Part shown: piece by piece, positions 22,895-32,183 of the stretch
How the letters are laid out: every line of letters begins with the position of its first letter
How positions within the stretch are numbered: the first letter of the stretch is position 1
Assembly (NCBI GenBank): GCA_023205875.1
Contig: CP060769.1
Location: forward strand, 372,001 to 436,000
Source of the DNA: Chloropicon primus
Taxonomy: Eukaryota
DNA length: 64,000 nt
Direction: 5' to 3'
Notes under the pieces: generated by a model
Told to the model about the DNA's origin: nothing
Seen by the model: the letters and a program-made list of their open reading frames with translations, nothing else
Database searches by the model: none
Made by a program: the position numbers and the translations under genes

Positions 22895-25876
22895 ATGATG
22901 GAGGACGGCGGCCTGATGAGGCGTGTGGTCTTGGAGGACCTCGGCCTGCCGGAGACGAACGCCGCGGTCCTCGGTGCGGAGAGGCTGAAGGAGACGTGCC
23001 TCCCCGCGTTGCTCAAGGCCACGGAGGGCGCGGGGGTGAAGGTGGAGAACACGGAGGCGCAGAGGAAGTCGCTAAAGACGTGGATGGCGTGCTTTTTGTA
23101 CATCGCGAAGAGGGTGAGAGTGGGGGGGGAGAAGGGGACGGAGCTGAAGCAGGCGGCGGACGTGGAGAGGAGCTTCACGATAACGCAGCTGCTTCGGGCG
23201 TGCGACGTGTCTTTCGTGGAGTTCGCGAGGGAACTGAGGCACATCATGGCGAGGGCGAAGCCCACGATACTGGCGGAGTGCGCGAGCGCGGGGGACGAGA
23301 ACGAGAGCGAGAACAAGGGAAACCCGGTGGAGATCGCGCTGGAGATGTCCGAGCTTTCCATGGACTTTTGCCACCTCTCGGCCCTCTTCAGCAAGTACAA
23401 GGACAAGTTCCAGGTCCTGTTCACGTCAGAGTCGGAGGCGGCGGCTCCCACGAACTTGTCCCCGGCCAAGGCGACGCCGGGGAACCAGCAGGACGCCGGG
23501 GGGCCAGCGAGCGACTGGGAGAGCGACCCTTGGTTCAAGTTCGGCTGGCTGACCTTCGTGACCTGCAAGGAGGCCCTCCTGCCCAAGTTCCCGGACCTCG
23601 TGAGCTGCGCGTCCCTGCTCGTCTGCGTGATGAACTTCCTCCTGGCGCACGTCCCCCCCAGCAGGATGAGGAAGACCCTGAACGACGCCATCGCGTACCC
23701 GGTGCGGACCGCGACCGGGGCAACCTACACCCTGGGCTGCGTCGCTTTCCTCCTGCACGCGCCCCTCGCGGACGCCCAGAAGATGATGCCGAGGGTGGAC
23801 GACCTCCTGCACGAGCTCCTTTCGAAGGACCCCGTCATCGAGAGGTACGAGGCCATGGTGGATGCCGTGATCATGACGGGCTGCGGCAACTACAAGGGCC
23901 TGCTCGCGGTGGGGGCCGAGGACAGGCAGCTGGAGATCCTGGACAAGGCTTACGACCAAGCGTACCGCCTCGGGGGGGAGCTGGACGCGAGGGACTTCGC
24001 CTCCAGCGCCAAGAACAAGGCCATGGGAAACTCCAGCAAGATGACGCCGAGGTTGAACAAGCGCGGACCGCTCAACACGGCGGGGGGGAGGGGCATCATC
24101 AAGCAAAAGGAGAACCGGAACTGGTCTTACCCCTCCCCTTTCAGGAGGCAGGTCGCCGGGGTCCCCCAGAGCCCGGCCCTGTTTCCGAACCAGGTGACGC
24201 CCTCCACGCCCATTTCGGAGGCCCTCGCGGCCAGCCAGTGGCTCAGGAAGGCGGTCGAGAAGCACATGGAAAGGGACTCCCACTCCGACTCGGACTTGAG
24301 CAGAATCTTCGTGATGTGCAGCGAAAAGTCCTGCAAGGACATCAAGGAGAAGATAGAAAAGTACGTGCAGGATCTGGCGGACAAGATCCTTCCCGCGGTC
24401 GGGTCTCCCCTGGGAAAGAGGAAGGCGAGCAGCACCAACTCGTTCACCTCGGAGGCCGAGAAGAGGAAGAAGGAGGGGATTGCGCTCTACTTTCACATCT
24501 TGGAAGCCATGCTGGTGGCGGAGGAGAAGAGGGCAGGCGGGGACGTGCTCCTCTCCCTGCTCCTCAACAAGGACCTCCACGTTTCCCTCGTGGCCTTTGC
24601 CTTCGAGGTCCTGTCGGACTGCTACAAAATGACTGCATTGAGCTTCCCCACCGTGCTCAACAGGCTCAGCATCTCCGCGTTTGACCTGTGCAAGGTCATC
24701 GAGCCCCTTGTCAGGGCGGAGGTCAACTTGAACCTGCCCAAGGAGGTGAAGAAGCACCTGTACGCCATCGAGGAGACTGGGCTGGAGTCCCTCTCCTGGA
24801 AAAAGGGAAGCCCCTTTTACAAGGAGATGGTCGCTTGCAGGAACAACAACAAGGAGATGGAGGAGGGAGGGAGCTCCGCCTTCCAGAAGGTTCAACCCCT
24901 GCCCAAGGCCTTTGGAAGGCCAGGGGCCATGGACGCGTCCAACTCGCAGGGCAAGCCCTCCTCGTCCTCGGAGAAGACCCTGGGGGAGTTCCTGAGGAAG
25001 GTGCAGAAGCTCGCGACCTTCCGGATGATCGATCTGTGCAACCGACTCGAGAGGGGCCTCAAGTTCAGGAAGGAGGGAGGGGGCCTGGTGGATGCCGGCC
25101 TCATCTTGGGGCAGGCGGTGAGCATCATCGAGTTTGTGATCTACGAGCAGACTCGGCTGATGTACAACCGGCACATCGACCAGATCGTGCTGTGCACGCT
25201 GTACGGGGTGGCGAAGGTGAACTCGTGCATAGTCACTTTTCGGGAGATTGTCCACCACTACAGCAAACAGACCCAGTGCAAGCAGGAGGTTTACAGGGCC
25301 GTTGTCCTGAAGCAGACGTACCCAGACTTGCAGATCGAGGAGACGGGGGACATCATACAGTTCTACAACCGGTGCTTTGTTCCCGTGGTGCAAAACGAGC
25401 TTTTGAACATCGTGTCGAACAGCAAGAGGGAGAGGGAGCCCGAGACCCCATCCCGGAAGCAGGGGGCGACGAGCCCGCCCAGGGGGGAGGACAAGAAGGC
25501 AGCGCTGCGGCAGAGAACGACGAATGGCAAGGGCCAGGCCGGGGGGGAATCGCCCAGAACTCCCGCGAGGATCCACCACAATACGAAGATGAGCAGCCCC
25601 TTGCGGGTTCGGACCTTGCCTGACAGCGCGAGGCAGGAGTACTTGCTGGCGTCCCCGTCCAGCCACTCCCTCTTCACCTTCATCGGCACGCCGCTCGACC
25701 AGAACGAGACGCCGACGAAGCGGTGGGAGGAGATCAACAACAAGCTCAACAGCAGCAGCATGCCGGGGTCTCCTCCGAAGGCCGCGGCGGCAGCCACCGC
25801 CGCCGACGCCGCCGAGAGCAGCCAGCAGCTGGAGACGCAAGTGAGCGGGACGCAGAACAAGCGGGTGCGAGTCTGA
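22895..25876 (+). CDS. RBR1: Retinoblastoma-related protein (RBR/MAT3)
   Basis: N-terminal FKFGWLTF...FPDLVSC, TPISEA..ASQWL, pocket A (AFDLCKVIEPLVR..LPKEVKKHL..IEE) and pocket B (LMYNRHIDQIVLCTLYGVAKV, DIIQFYN), plus many S/TP CDK sites. Confidence 0.96.
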   Translation: MMEDGGLMRRVVLEDLGLPETNAAVLGAERLKETCLPALLKATEGAGVKVENTEAQRKSLKTWMACFLYIAKRVRVGGEKGTELKQAADVERSFTITQLLRACDVSFVEFARELRHIMARAKPTILAECASAGDENESENKGNPVEIALEMSELSMDFCHLSALFSKYKDKFQVLFTSESEAAAPTNLSPAKATPGNQQDAGGPASDWESDPWFKFGWLTFVTCKEALLPKFPDLVSCASLLVCVMNFLLAHVPPSRMRKTLNDAIAYPVRTATGATYTLGCVAFLLHAPLADAQKMMPRVDDLLHELLSKDPVIERYEAMVDAVIMTGCGNYKGLLAVGAEDRQLEILDKAYDQAYRLGGELDARDFASSAKNKAMGNSSKMTPRLNKRGPLNTAGGRGIIKQKENRNWSYPSPFRRQVAGVPQSPALFPNQVTPSTPISEALAASQWLRKAVEKHMERDSHSDSDLSRIFVMCSEKSCKDIKEKIEKYVQDLADKILPAVGSPLGKRKASSTNSFTSEAEKRKKEGIALYFHILEAMLVAEEKRAGGDVLLSLLLNKDLHVSLVAFAFEVLSDCYKMTALSFPTVLNRLSISAFDLCKVIEPLVRAEVNLNLPKEVKKHLYAIEETGLESLSWKKGSPFYKEMVACRNNNKEMEEGGSSAFQKVQPLPKAFGRPGAMDASNSQGKPSSSSEKTLGEFLRKVQKLATFRMIDLCNRLERGLKFRKEGGGLVDAGLILGQAVSIIEFVIYEQTRLMYNRHIDQIVLCTLYGVAKVNSCIVTFREIVHHYSKQTQCKQEVYRAVVLKQTYPDLQIEETGDIIQFYNRCFVPVVQNELLNIVSNSKREREPETPSRKQGATSPPRGEDKKAALRQRTTNGKGQAGGESPRTPARIHHNTKMSSPLRVRTLPDSARQEYLLASPSSHSLFTFIGTPLDQNETPTKRWEEINNKLNSSSMPGSPPKAAAAATAADAAESSQQLETQVSGTQNKRVRV

Positions 25877-26048
25877 GTCCGAGAGAGAGTTGGGTGGTTG
25901 TCTGTCCACCGAAGTTATTATAATCGGACGTGTGTGAACCAGGGGGAGAGAAGAGCTGCTGCTACCATTTTACTGTTGCACAATACATTAACATAGATCA
26001 AAAACCATTTTACATTACTCAAAAACTAGTACTCAAGAAGAGCGACGA

Positions 26049-26558
26049 CTACTGGGGTCCGTCAAGAAGCTTCCTGCCCAGCAGATTCTCGAAATGGGCC
26101 TTGGGCACGTGCTCGTGCCAGGTCTTGGTGGCCGCTCCGGCGACGAGGTCCACACTCGTCTTCTCCACGCCAGTCCCCAAGGCATGGGTGACCTTCCCGG
26201 TAAGGTCGGCGAGGTTGTTGCTGATGCCGAGGTCGAAAAACTTCTGCAGCTTCCTCCTGTCGTTGTTGCTGTCCGCATACCCCTGGAAAATACCACTGCT
26301 GAACGTGTCCGGGCTGATGGGGTCTCCAAGGGCGTGATCGATGCCCTTCCCGGCCACTGCCGCCACGCCAAGCCCAGCGTTCTTCGCGGAGGTCGTGAGA
26401 ACGGCTCCGATGCCACCACCGTTCCCGGTGTTCCCTGGACTTCTGGACTTGATGTCCCTGTAGTCCGCGTGGCCTGGAGGGAAGGAGATGCCCTGACCCA
26501 GCGCTGGCGCCATCAACAGGGCCAACACGAGTGCACTCACGTTCAATCTCATCATCAT
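26049..26558 (-). CDS. Small secreted protein with RRKLQ and GRKLL motifs
   Basis: Signal peptide MMMRLNVSALVLALLMAPALGQG. Two related segments contain I/V.HALG and end in RxL-type motifs. Confidence 0.6.
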   Translation of the reverse strand: MMMRLNVSALVLALLMAPALGQGISFPPGHADYRDIKSRSPGNTGNGGGIGAVLTTSAKNAGLGVAAVAGKGIDHALGDPISPDTFSSGIFQGYADSNNDRRKLQKFFDLGISNNLADLTGKVTHALGTGVEKTSVDLVAGAATKTWHEHVPKAHFENLLGRKLLDGPQ

Positions 26559-26796
26559 TTCGGGTCCTTTGCTTGCGATTCTCTCTTGTTGTGAAGGTGG
26601 GAATAAAATATAATGGAACTGTGTAACTCGTTCTTCGTCCTTGGGCGACAAGCTTTGGCTTCCAACTGAACTCTGCCGTTACCGACCACGCGCTTCGCCA
26701 ACGTCCGCTCCCTGATCACGAATCAAACTATGCGTGATCACAAATTTTGCCGCTGCCGTGATTACCAAAATGTTTTTCATCCTTTCGAACTTTTGA

Positions 26797-26975
26797 AAGG
26801 AGAGGGAGGACTTGAGGACGAGGACGAGGACGAGGACGCCAAGGGAAGGGGAAAGCGACCGCACCAGACGAGGATACATCTCACGGGCTTTCGTTTGATA
26901 CCTTGGTCGAAGGATTTGGTGGACGAGAGGTTGGGAAAAACTGCGGTGTTAGGGGGGAGGGAAGTCCAGAGCGAG
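26797..26975 (+). repeat. Dispersed ~180-bp promoter cassette, copy A
   Basis: Near-identical to the reverse complement of ~50245-50425 (core catctcacgggctttcgtttgataccttggtcgaaggattt...gttgggaaaaactgcggtg). Confidence 0.9.
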
Positions 26976-27161
26976 GGAGCGAAGGAGGTGAGTGTTTCCC
27001 TTCCCTCGACGGCGTGGTGGTCTACCACGGCGTCAGAGCGCCGATCATGAGAACCTTCATCTCAACCTCTTTCGTTTGACCACTCGATCGAGGGAATCGA
27101 CGTCGTGACGAGCATTCGAGAGACTGAAACATCATCAACAACATCATCATCGTCAAGGCCC

Positions 27162-28502
27162 ATGGCGGGGCTCTGGACGGCGCTGGTGGAGGGCACCAGG
27201 TGCGCGAAGGCTCCGTTGGCGTGTCCCCTGGGACGAGGCCAGGGCCTGGCACGGGGGTGTGACCGACTTCGAGGCCTCCGTCGTTTTGCTTTGGTGACGC
27301 ACGCCAGGAGGAGGGAGAGGGAGAAGGTGCCTCCGGAGAGCTTGTTCTCGTCACCGTCACCGCAACAAGGTTGTCCTCCTCATCATCATCCTCGTCACAA
27401 TGCCGCTTCTGGTGCTTCTGGTGCGAGGTCGGTGGCTTCCGTTCCCTCGGACGCGGTGGAGGAGAGCAAGGAGGACGTGAGGGATGCGGGGCGGAGCCGG
27501 TACGACAAGATATCTCGCAGGAGGAGCGAGCACCTGAGGAAGTTTAGGGTAGACACGTACGACTTGCTTGAGCACAAGGGCGGGAGGAATGGGGAGGGGA
27601 AGCCCAAGGGGGTCAGCAACAGGGCTCTGTTTCGCCAGACGCCCGTCGATGCGAACGTGATGGAGAAGATAAAGACTCTCAAGCTCTGCGAAGAAAACCG
27701 GGCGGCGCAGAGGGTCGCCAAGGGCAAGGTGCGGGCATTCAAGAAGGAGGTGAGCCCCAACCACAAGGTCCCCGTCCAGATGCGGTTTTACCCCTTCTTC
27801 GGGGCGTTGGACCCGGAAATCAACAAATTCCTGGGGATCCCGAAGAGGGACAAGCTTCGGCTGGTCACGACGTGCGGCACCGTGAAGCAGGTCGAGGAGG
27901 CCACGGAGGCCAGCCTGATCGCCACGCCCATCGAGGTGGCCTTTGCCGGGAGGTCCAACGTGGGGAAGAGCAGCCTCATCAACGCGCTTAGCCTGGCCAC
28001 TTGCGCCAGGAGCGCGAACGTTCCTGGGTACACCCAGTCCCTTCACTTCTACGCCCTCAGGAAAGACCTCTCCCTCGTGGACATGCCGGGGTACGGTTAC
28101 GCGTCAGCGGGGTACGACCAGGTCGACGACTGGAACGACTTGGTGGACTCGTATTTGGTCTCCAGGGGGAAGAAGAGGCTCCGGAGGGTTTACGTGGTCA
28201 TCGACTCGAGGCATGGGATCAAGCAGAACGACAGGGAGTTTTTGCACATGCTAAGTAAAGCAAAGGTGAAGTTTCAAGTCGTGATGAACAAGACGGATGC
28301 CTGCAAGCCATCCGACCTGGCCAAGCGGTGGTGGCACGTCAACGAGGAGATCAAGAGGCTCCCGAACGCGGTGCACCGGATTCACATGTGCAGCAGCAGG
28401 ACGGGGGCAGGGGTCCAGGAGATCACAAAGGAGCTCTACCACCTCACGAGCCACATCATCGGCACCACGTCGTCCGTGCAGCAGCAGCAGCAGCAGCAGT
28501 AG
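27162..28502 (+). CDS. EngB/YihA-family GTPase, organelle-targeted
   Basis: G1 EVAFAGRSNVGKSSLIN, G2 PGYTQ, G3 LVDMPGYG, VIDSRHG, G4 NKTD and G5 SS. Long N-terminal extension. Confidence 0.92.
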   Translation: MAGLWTALVEGTRCAKAPLACPLGRGQGLARGCDRLRGLRRFALVTHARRREREKVPPESLFSSPSPQQGCPPHHHPRHNAASGASGARSVASVPSDAVEESKEDVRDAGRSRYDKISRRRSEHLRKFRVDTYDLLEHKGGRNGEGKPKGVSNRALFRQTPVDANVMEKIKTLKLCEENRAAQRVAKGKVRAFKKEVSPNHKVPVQMRFYPFFGALDPEINKFLGIPKRDKLRLVTTCGTVKQVEEATEASLIATPIEVAFAGRSNVGKSSLINALSLATCARSANVPGYTQSLHFYALRKDLSLVDMPGYGYASAGYDQVDDWNDLVDSYLVSRGKKRLRRVYVVIDSRHGIKQNDREFLHMLSKAKVKFQVVMNKTDACKPSDLAKRWWHVNEEIKRLPNAVHRIHMCSSRTGAGVQEITKELYHLTSHIIGTTSSVQQQQQQQ

Positions 28503-28902
28503 CAGGAGAGCCACAGGGGGAGAGAAGGAACCAAACAACCCTTCTTCATTGCATTATTCTTATTCTTATGCATACATCATCACATCATCATCATCATTGT
28601 ATCCCTCCAGCTCCAGACTCTCCTCCTTCTCATCTCCATATTACATCGGACTGGGAAGCGACGAGAGTCGAGTCGAGTGGTCTCCATCCTCTCGCCCGGC
28701 CGGCCGCTGGCAAAAACAAGAACACCACGCGATCGCGATGACGGAGAGGAAGGGCGGAAACGCTTAACGGACGTGCGGGCGTTACGACTTCGCATCCGCA
28801 TCCCTCCATATTACATCAGAAAAAAAAAAACCGTGATCACCAGATCACGGAGTGTCTGAAGGGAGAAGACTGAGACGACGCGCACCGTTCAAAAGAGCGG
28901 AA

Positions 28903-29613
28903 ATGAGGCTTGCGACGATGACGAGGACGATGTTGGCCCTAAACCTCCTCCTCCTCCTCCTCTTGGGGGTCGAGGCCGCTTACTACGAGGAGGACCCGAG
29001 AGCGACGCAATGCAGGCAGAGCATCATTGATATGAAGAGTGTTCCAGGCCCCGGCACAGCTTATGCCTTCCCCTCGGAATGCGGCATCGTCCTTCCCTTT
29101 GCCAACCTGTACAACGGGAGAGAGGTCCTCCTCGGCGAGTTCATCGCAAGTTCATGCGGAGAGTGCGCCTCGGCATGCGTGGCCCACAGAAGTGGACGCG
29201 AGTTCTCGATCGGTACGTCTGATCCGTCCCAGCAGGGCAGCTTGGATGCCATCATGGCAGCACGGAACGGAGAGTCTCCATGCACGGACTGGGTTTGGTG
29301 TGACCCTTGGGAGGTCTCTTACCCGGGGGACAACTGCGATGGTGTCACCAACGAGACTGATCCATTCACCGGAAAGTGCGTCGGTCGTTGGCGGGACGGC
29401 AACCTCGAGCCCTTTGCCGGTTATGGCATGGACCTGCTTCTGGAGGGGAGCACTCGGGGTTGTCAGCTCAAGAGTGGGAAGACGATTCCCGCGGGAACTT
29501 GCGCCTTGAAGAGCATCGATTCGGACAAGTGGAAGGACCACGTTTGGAACGCGAGTGAGGACCCGAAGACGGCGCCACTGATGAGCGGTCTGTGTGATTG
29601 GACTCTGGCGTAA
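28903..29613 (+). CDS. Secreted Cys-rich protein, PAN/apple-like
   Basis: Signal peptide, SCGECASAC...CTDWVWCD...C.LK pattern and terminal MSGLC. Confidence 0.6.
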   Translation: MRLATMTRTMLALNLLLLLLLGVEAAYYEEDPRATQCRQSIIDMKSVPGPGTAYAFPSECGIVLPFANLYNGREVLLGEFIASSCGECASACVAHRSGREFSIGTSDPSQQGSLDAIMAARNGESPCTDWVWCDPWEVSYPGDNCDGVTNETDPFTGKCVGRWRDGNLEPFAGYGMDLLLEGSTRGCQLKSGKTIPAGTCALKSIDSDKWKDHVWNASEDPKTAPLMSGLCDWTLA

Positions 29614-29753
29614 GCTCTTACACGGGGCTGCAGGGAGGTCTACTACCAGCTCAAGAGCCGCATCGTTGTCGCACACCACGGTAAAGCGAAACACTGCTTT
29701 CTTTGTTTGTATTCAATCATGGATAACATAGTTCCCTCTCCAAGCGTCCGGCT

Positions 29754-30230
29754 TTAGTCCAGCTTCTCCGCGGCTCCGTGCTCCTCGCCAATCGAAGTGA
29801 AGAGCGAAGGGAGCATCTTCTGAATGGAGAATGCGGGATTCAGGGAAGGGATCACTCCGACAACGGAGAAGCCCGAGTCCTTGGTGAGCTCTACCGGCAC
29901 GTCCGGGTCGACCTTGTAGACGGTGGTGTCCTGCTTGCACAGATAGAGCCCAACCGGATTCTCTGCAGCATCGGAGAGGAAGGTGAACTTGCTTGAGTTC
30001 TTGTAAGCCTCGCGGACGAATGCAGCCCATCCCTTGTAGAACGGCTTCTTGTTTCCTCCAGCCACTCCACGACAGAGCTCAGAGCGTCCCCCGTTGGTCT
30101 TGAGCTTGAACTTCGGCACTGGCTTGCTGGGAAGGAAAGCAGCAAGGGCTCCCTCCACCGGGGTCTCACTCCAATGAATGAAGAAGGCTCCTCCACTCGC
30201 CTCAGTGAATGTCAAGTACGCACTTGCCAT
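29754..30230 (-). CDS. Immune-mapped-protein (IMP1/IMP2)-like protein
   Basis: AYLTF..ASGG.FFIHWS..VEGAL...P.K.VP.FK...NGG.SEL.R....KK.FY.G...FV.EA...F...G...GAA resembles my recollection of apicomplexan IMP2. Confidence 0.7.
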   Translation of the reverse strand: MASAYLTFTEASGGAFFIHWSETPVEGALAAFLPSKPVPKFKLKTNGGRSELCRGVAGGNKKPFYKGWAAFVREAYKNSSKFTFLSDAAENPVGLYLCKQDTTVYKVDPDVPVELTKDSGFSVVGVIPSLNPAFSIQKMLPSLFTSIGEEHGAAEKLD

Positions 30231-30510
30231 CGTCTCTCTCTCCCTCTCCCTCTCTCTCTCTCTCAACTGCAGCTGCAAACCCAAACCCAAAGATGTCAGT
30301 GTTTTGTCGATTTCATCCTCACCTTGGCGCCGATTGGTTCAAGTGAGGGCTCCTTCGAAAGATCGCGATAGGATGCATTTGAATCTTTCTAGTTCAGTCC
30401 CATCCCTCCTCCCTTCCGTCTTCCACCTCACGACTCATCACTCACCTCTTCCTCTCTTTTGGCCCCACCCCTTTGACCTCTTGTCCATGGGTTCAGCGGA
30501 CTCGTCGGAG

Positions 30511-30731
30511 GAGACAGAGAGAGAGGGAGAGAGAGGGAGAGAGCGCCATCGCCGAGGAGGAGGGGAGAGGAGGGAGAAGGAGAGGCAAGATCGGGAATAT
30601 TCATCTTCTCAGCTTTCGTTTGATACCTCACTTGAGGGGATTGGCGTGTCGGAAGCGAGTGCCATCGCCGAGGAGGAGGGGAGAGGAGGGAGAAGGAGAG
30701 GCAAGAGGAGGAATAATCATCTTCTCAGCTT
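30511..30731 (+). repeat. Dispersed ~155-bp promoter cassette plus a partial tandem copy
   Basis: gagcgccatcgccgag...ctcagctttcgtttgatacctcacttgaggggattggcgtgtcggaagcgagtgccatc, near-identical to 34425-34581. The partial repeat spans 30661-30731. Confidence 0.9.
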
Positions 30732-30762
30732 CGCGGAGGGCAAAAGCCTGAGCAGCGCATCG

Positions 30763-32058
30763 ATGAGCTTCAGGCGGGGGTTGAAGCGGGGGTTGAGTGG
30801 TGGAGCCGTAAAGCGAAGCCTGGACCCGAGGTTGCAGCAGAGACCGAGAGCGACGGCCTCGAGCGCCGGGTGTGGAGCCGGAGCCGCAGAGGTCATCATC
30901 GCGGGGGGTGGGCCTGCAGGCTTGTTTTCGTCTTTCCTTCTGGCGAGAGCGGGGATCAAGAGCACTGTTTTGGAGAAAGCAGAACGCACAGAGGACTACT
31001 CCTCTCGCTCTTATACAATCGTGCTGAACGAGCGAGGAAAAGGCGCCCTACTTTCGGGAAGTCCGCTCTTCTCGAAGCTGCTCGAAGCTGGATCCGAGCG
31101 ACGCTTCGTTTACATGATCGACGGCAGAACGGGGTCAGAAAGCAAAATACCCAAGAACCCTCCCGGCGTTGGCTTCACGAGACCGCAATTGGTGCGCCTT
31201 CTTGAAGCCGAGGTGGAAGGGGAGCCGCTGGTTAAGCTTTCGCGAGGGTCAGGCGTTACCGCAGTGACAGAGTCCGCCGACACTGGCTTCCTGCGAGTCC
31301 ATCTCGACGATGGCAGCGAATTAAAGGCGACCCACGTCATCGGCTGCGATGGGAAGTGGAGCAAGGTCCGCCAGTCTCTTCCATCCTTCCGAGGTGCGGC
31401 TGAGATCACCTCGGTTCCTTCCTTTGGCGTCCATGCCACCACCGATGCTCCCAAAGGATGGAGCAGAGACGGAACCCACGTCATCAAGGGCTCATCCGAC
31501 TTGTTCTACGTCATTGCCTCGCTCCTTCCAGGAGACAGGAGGAGCCTCACCATCGTGTGCAAAGAAAAGATTGCGCAGACGCATCCTTGGTTGAGACCTG
31601 CCGAGGTGGATGGCCCAGCTGCAGAGAATTGGGAGGGAGACTGCGCCGAGCCGGAATTCAAGCTGCTCGAGCGCCTGGAAGGCCTGCTGAGGGATGAATT
31701 GCCGGCCTTTGACATTGGTGCCGGGCTGCGAGGGGGCCACATCAACCGCCGGGCTTCGTGGCTCAGGTGGAAGGGTGAGGAGGTCACTTTCTCTTCAGAG
31801 GGGGGCAGAGTGGCTCTGATCGGGGACGCCGCTCATGCAATGACGGCATCCGTGGGCGAGGGCTGCAACTGTGCGTTGGAGAGCGCCGCGAGGCTGGCGG
31901 AGGCGGTCGTCGCGGAGATGAAAGCAGAGGCCAGTGAGACCTGCTCCGCAAGTGCGATGAGCAAAGCCTTTGTGTCCTACGGTCTGGCAAGGCCTGGAGA
32001 GGTGGTACCTGTCCAAGAGATGTCTGCGACGAGGAATGGCTGGAAGAAGGAGATCTAG
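30763..32058 (+). CDS. FAD-dependent monooxygenase (kynurenine 3-monooxygenase-like family)
   Basis: IIAGGGPAGL, SSRSYTIVLNERG, VIGCDGKWSKVR and LIGDAAHAM..SVGEGCNCALES. Confidence 0.88.
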   Translation: MSFRRGLKRGLSGGAVKRSLDPRLQQRPRATASSAGCGAGAAEVIIAGGGPAGLFSSFLLARAGIKSTVLEKAERTEDYSSRSYTIVLNERGKGALLSGSPLFSKLLEAGSERRFVYMIDGRTGSESKIPKNPPGVGFTRPQLVRLLEAEVEGEPLVKLSRGSGVTAVTESADTGFLRVHLDDGSELKATHVIGCDGKWSKVRQSLPSFRGAAEITSVPSFGVHATTDAPKGWSRDGTHVIKGSSDLFYVIASLLPGDRRSLTIVCKEKIAQTHPWLRPAEVDGPAAENWEGDCAEPEFKLLERLEGLLRDELPAFDIGAGLRGGHINRRASWLRWKGEEVTFSSEGGRVALIGDAAHAMTASVGEGCNCALESAARLAEAVVAEMKAEASETCSASAMSKAFVSYGLARPGEVVPVQEMSATRNGWKKEI

Positions 32059-32183
32059 AACGACCCAGGAGAGAATTGCCAGAGGAGGGAGTTGGGCAAG
32101 GTAAAGGCGCGAAAAAACTTACATCTTGGGAACAAAAAAACTTCCTTTACCTTCTCTTGTGATTGTCATTGAGCAAGCGCTTC

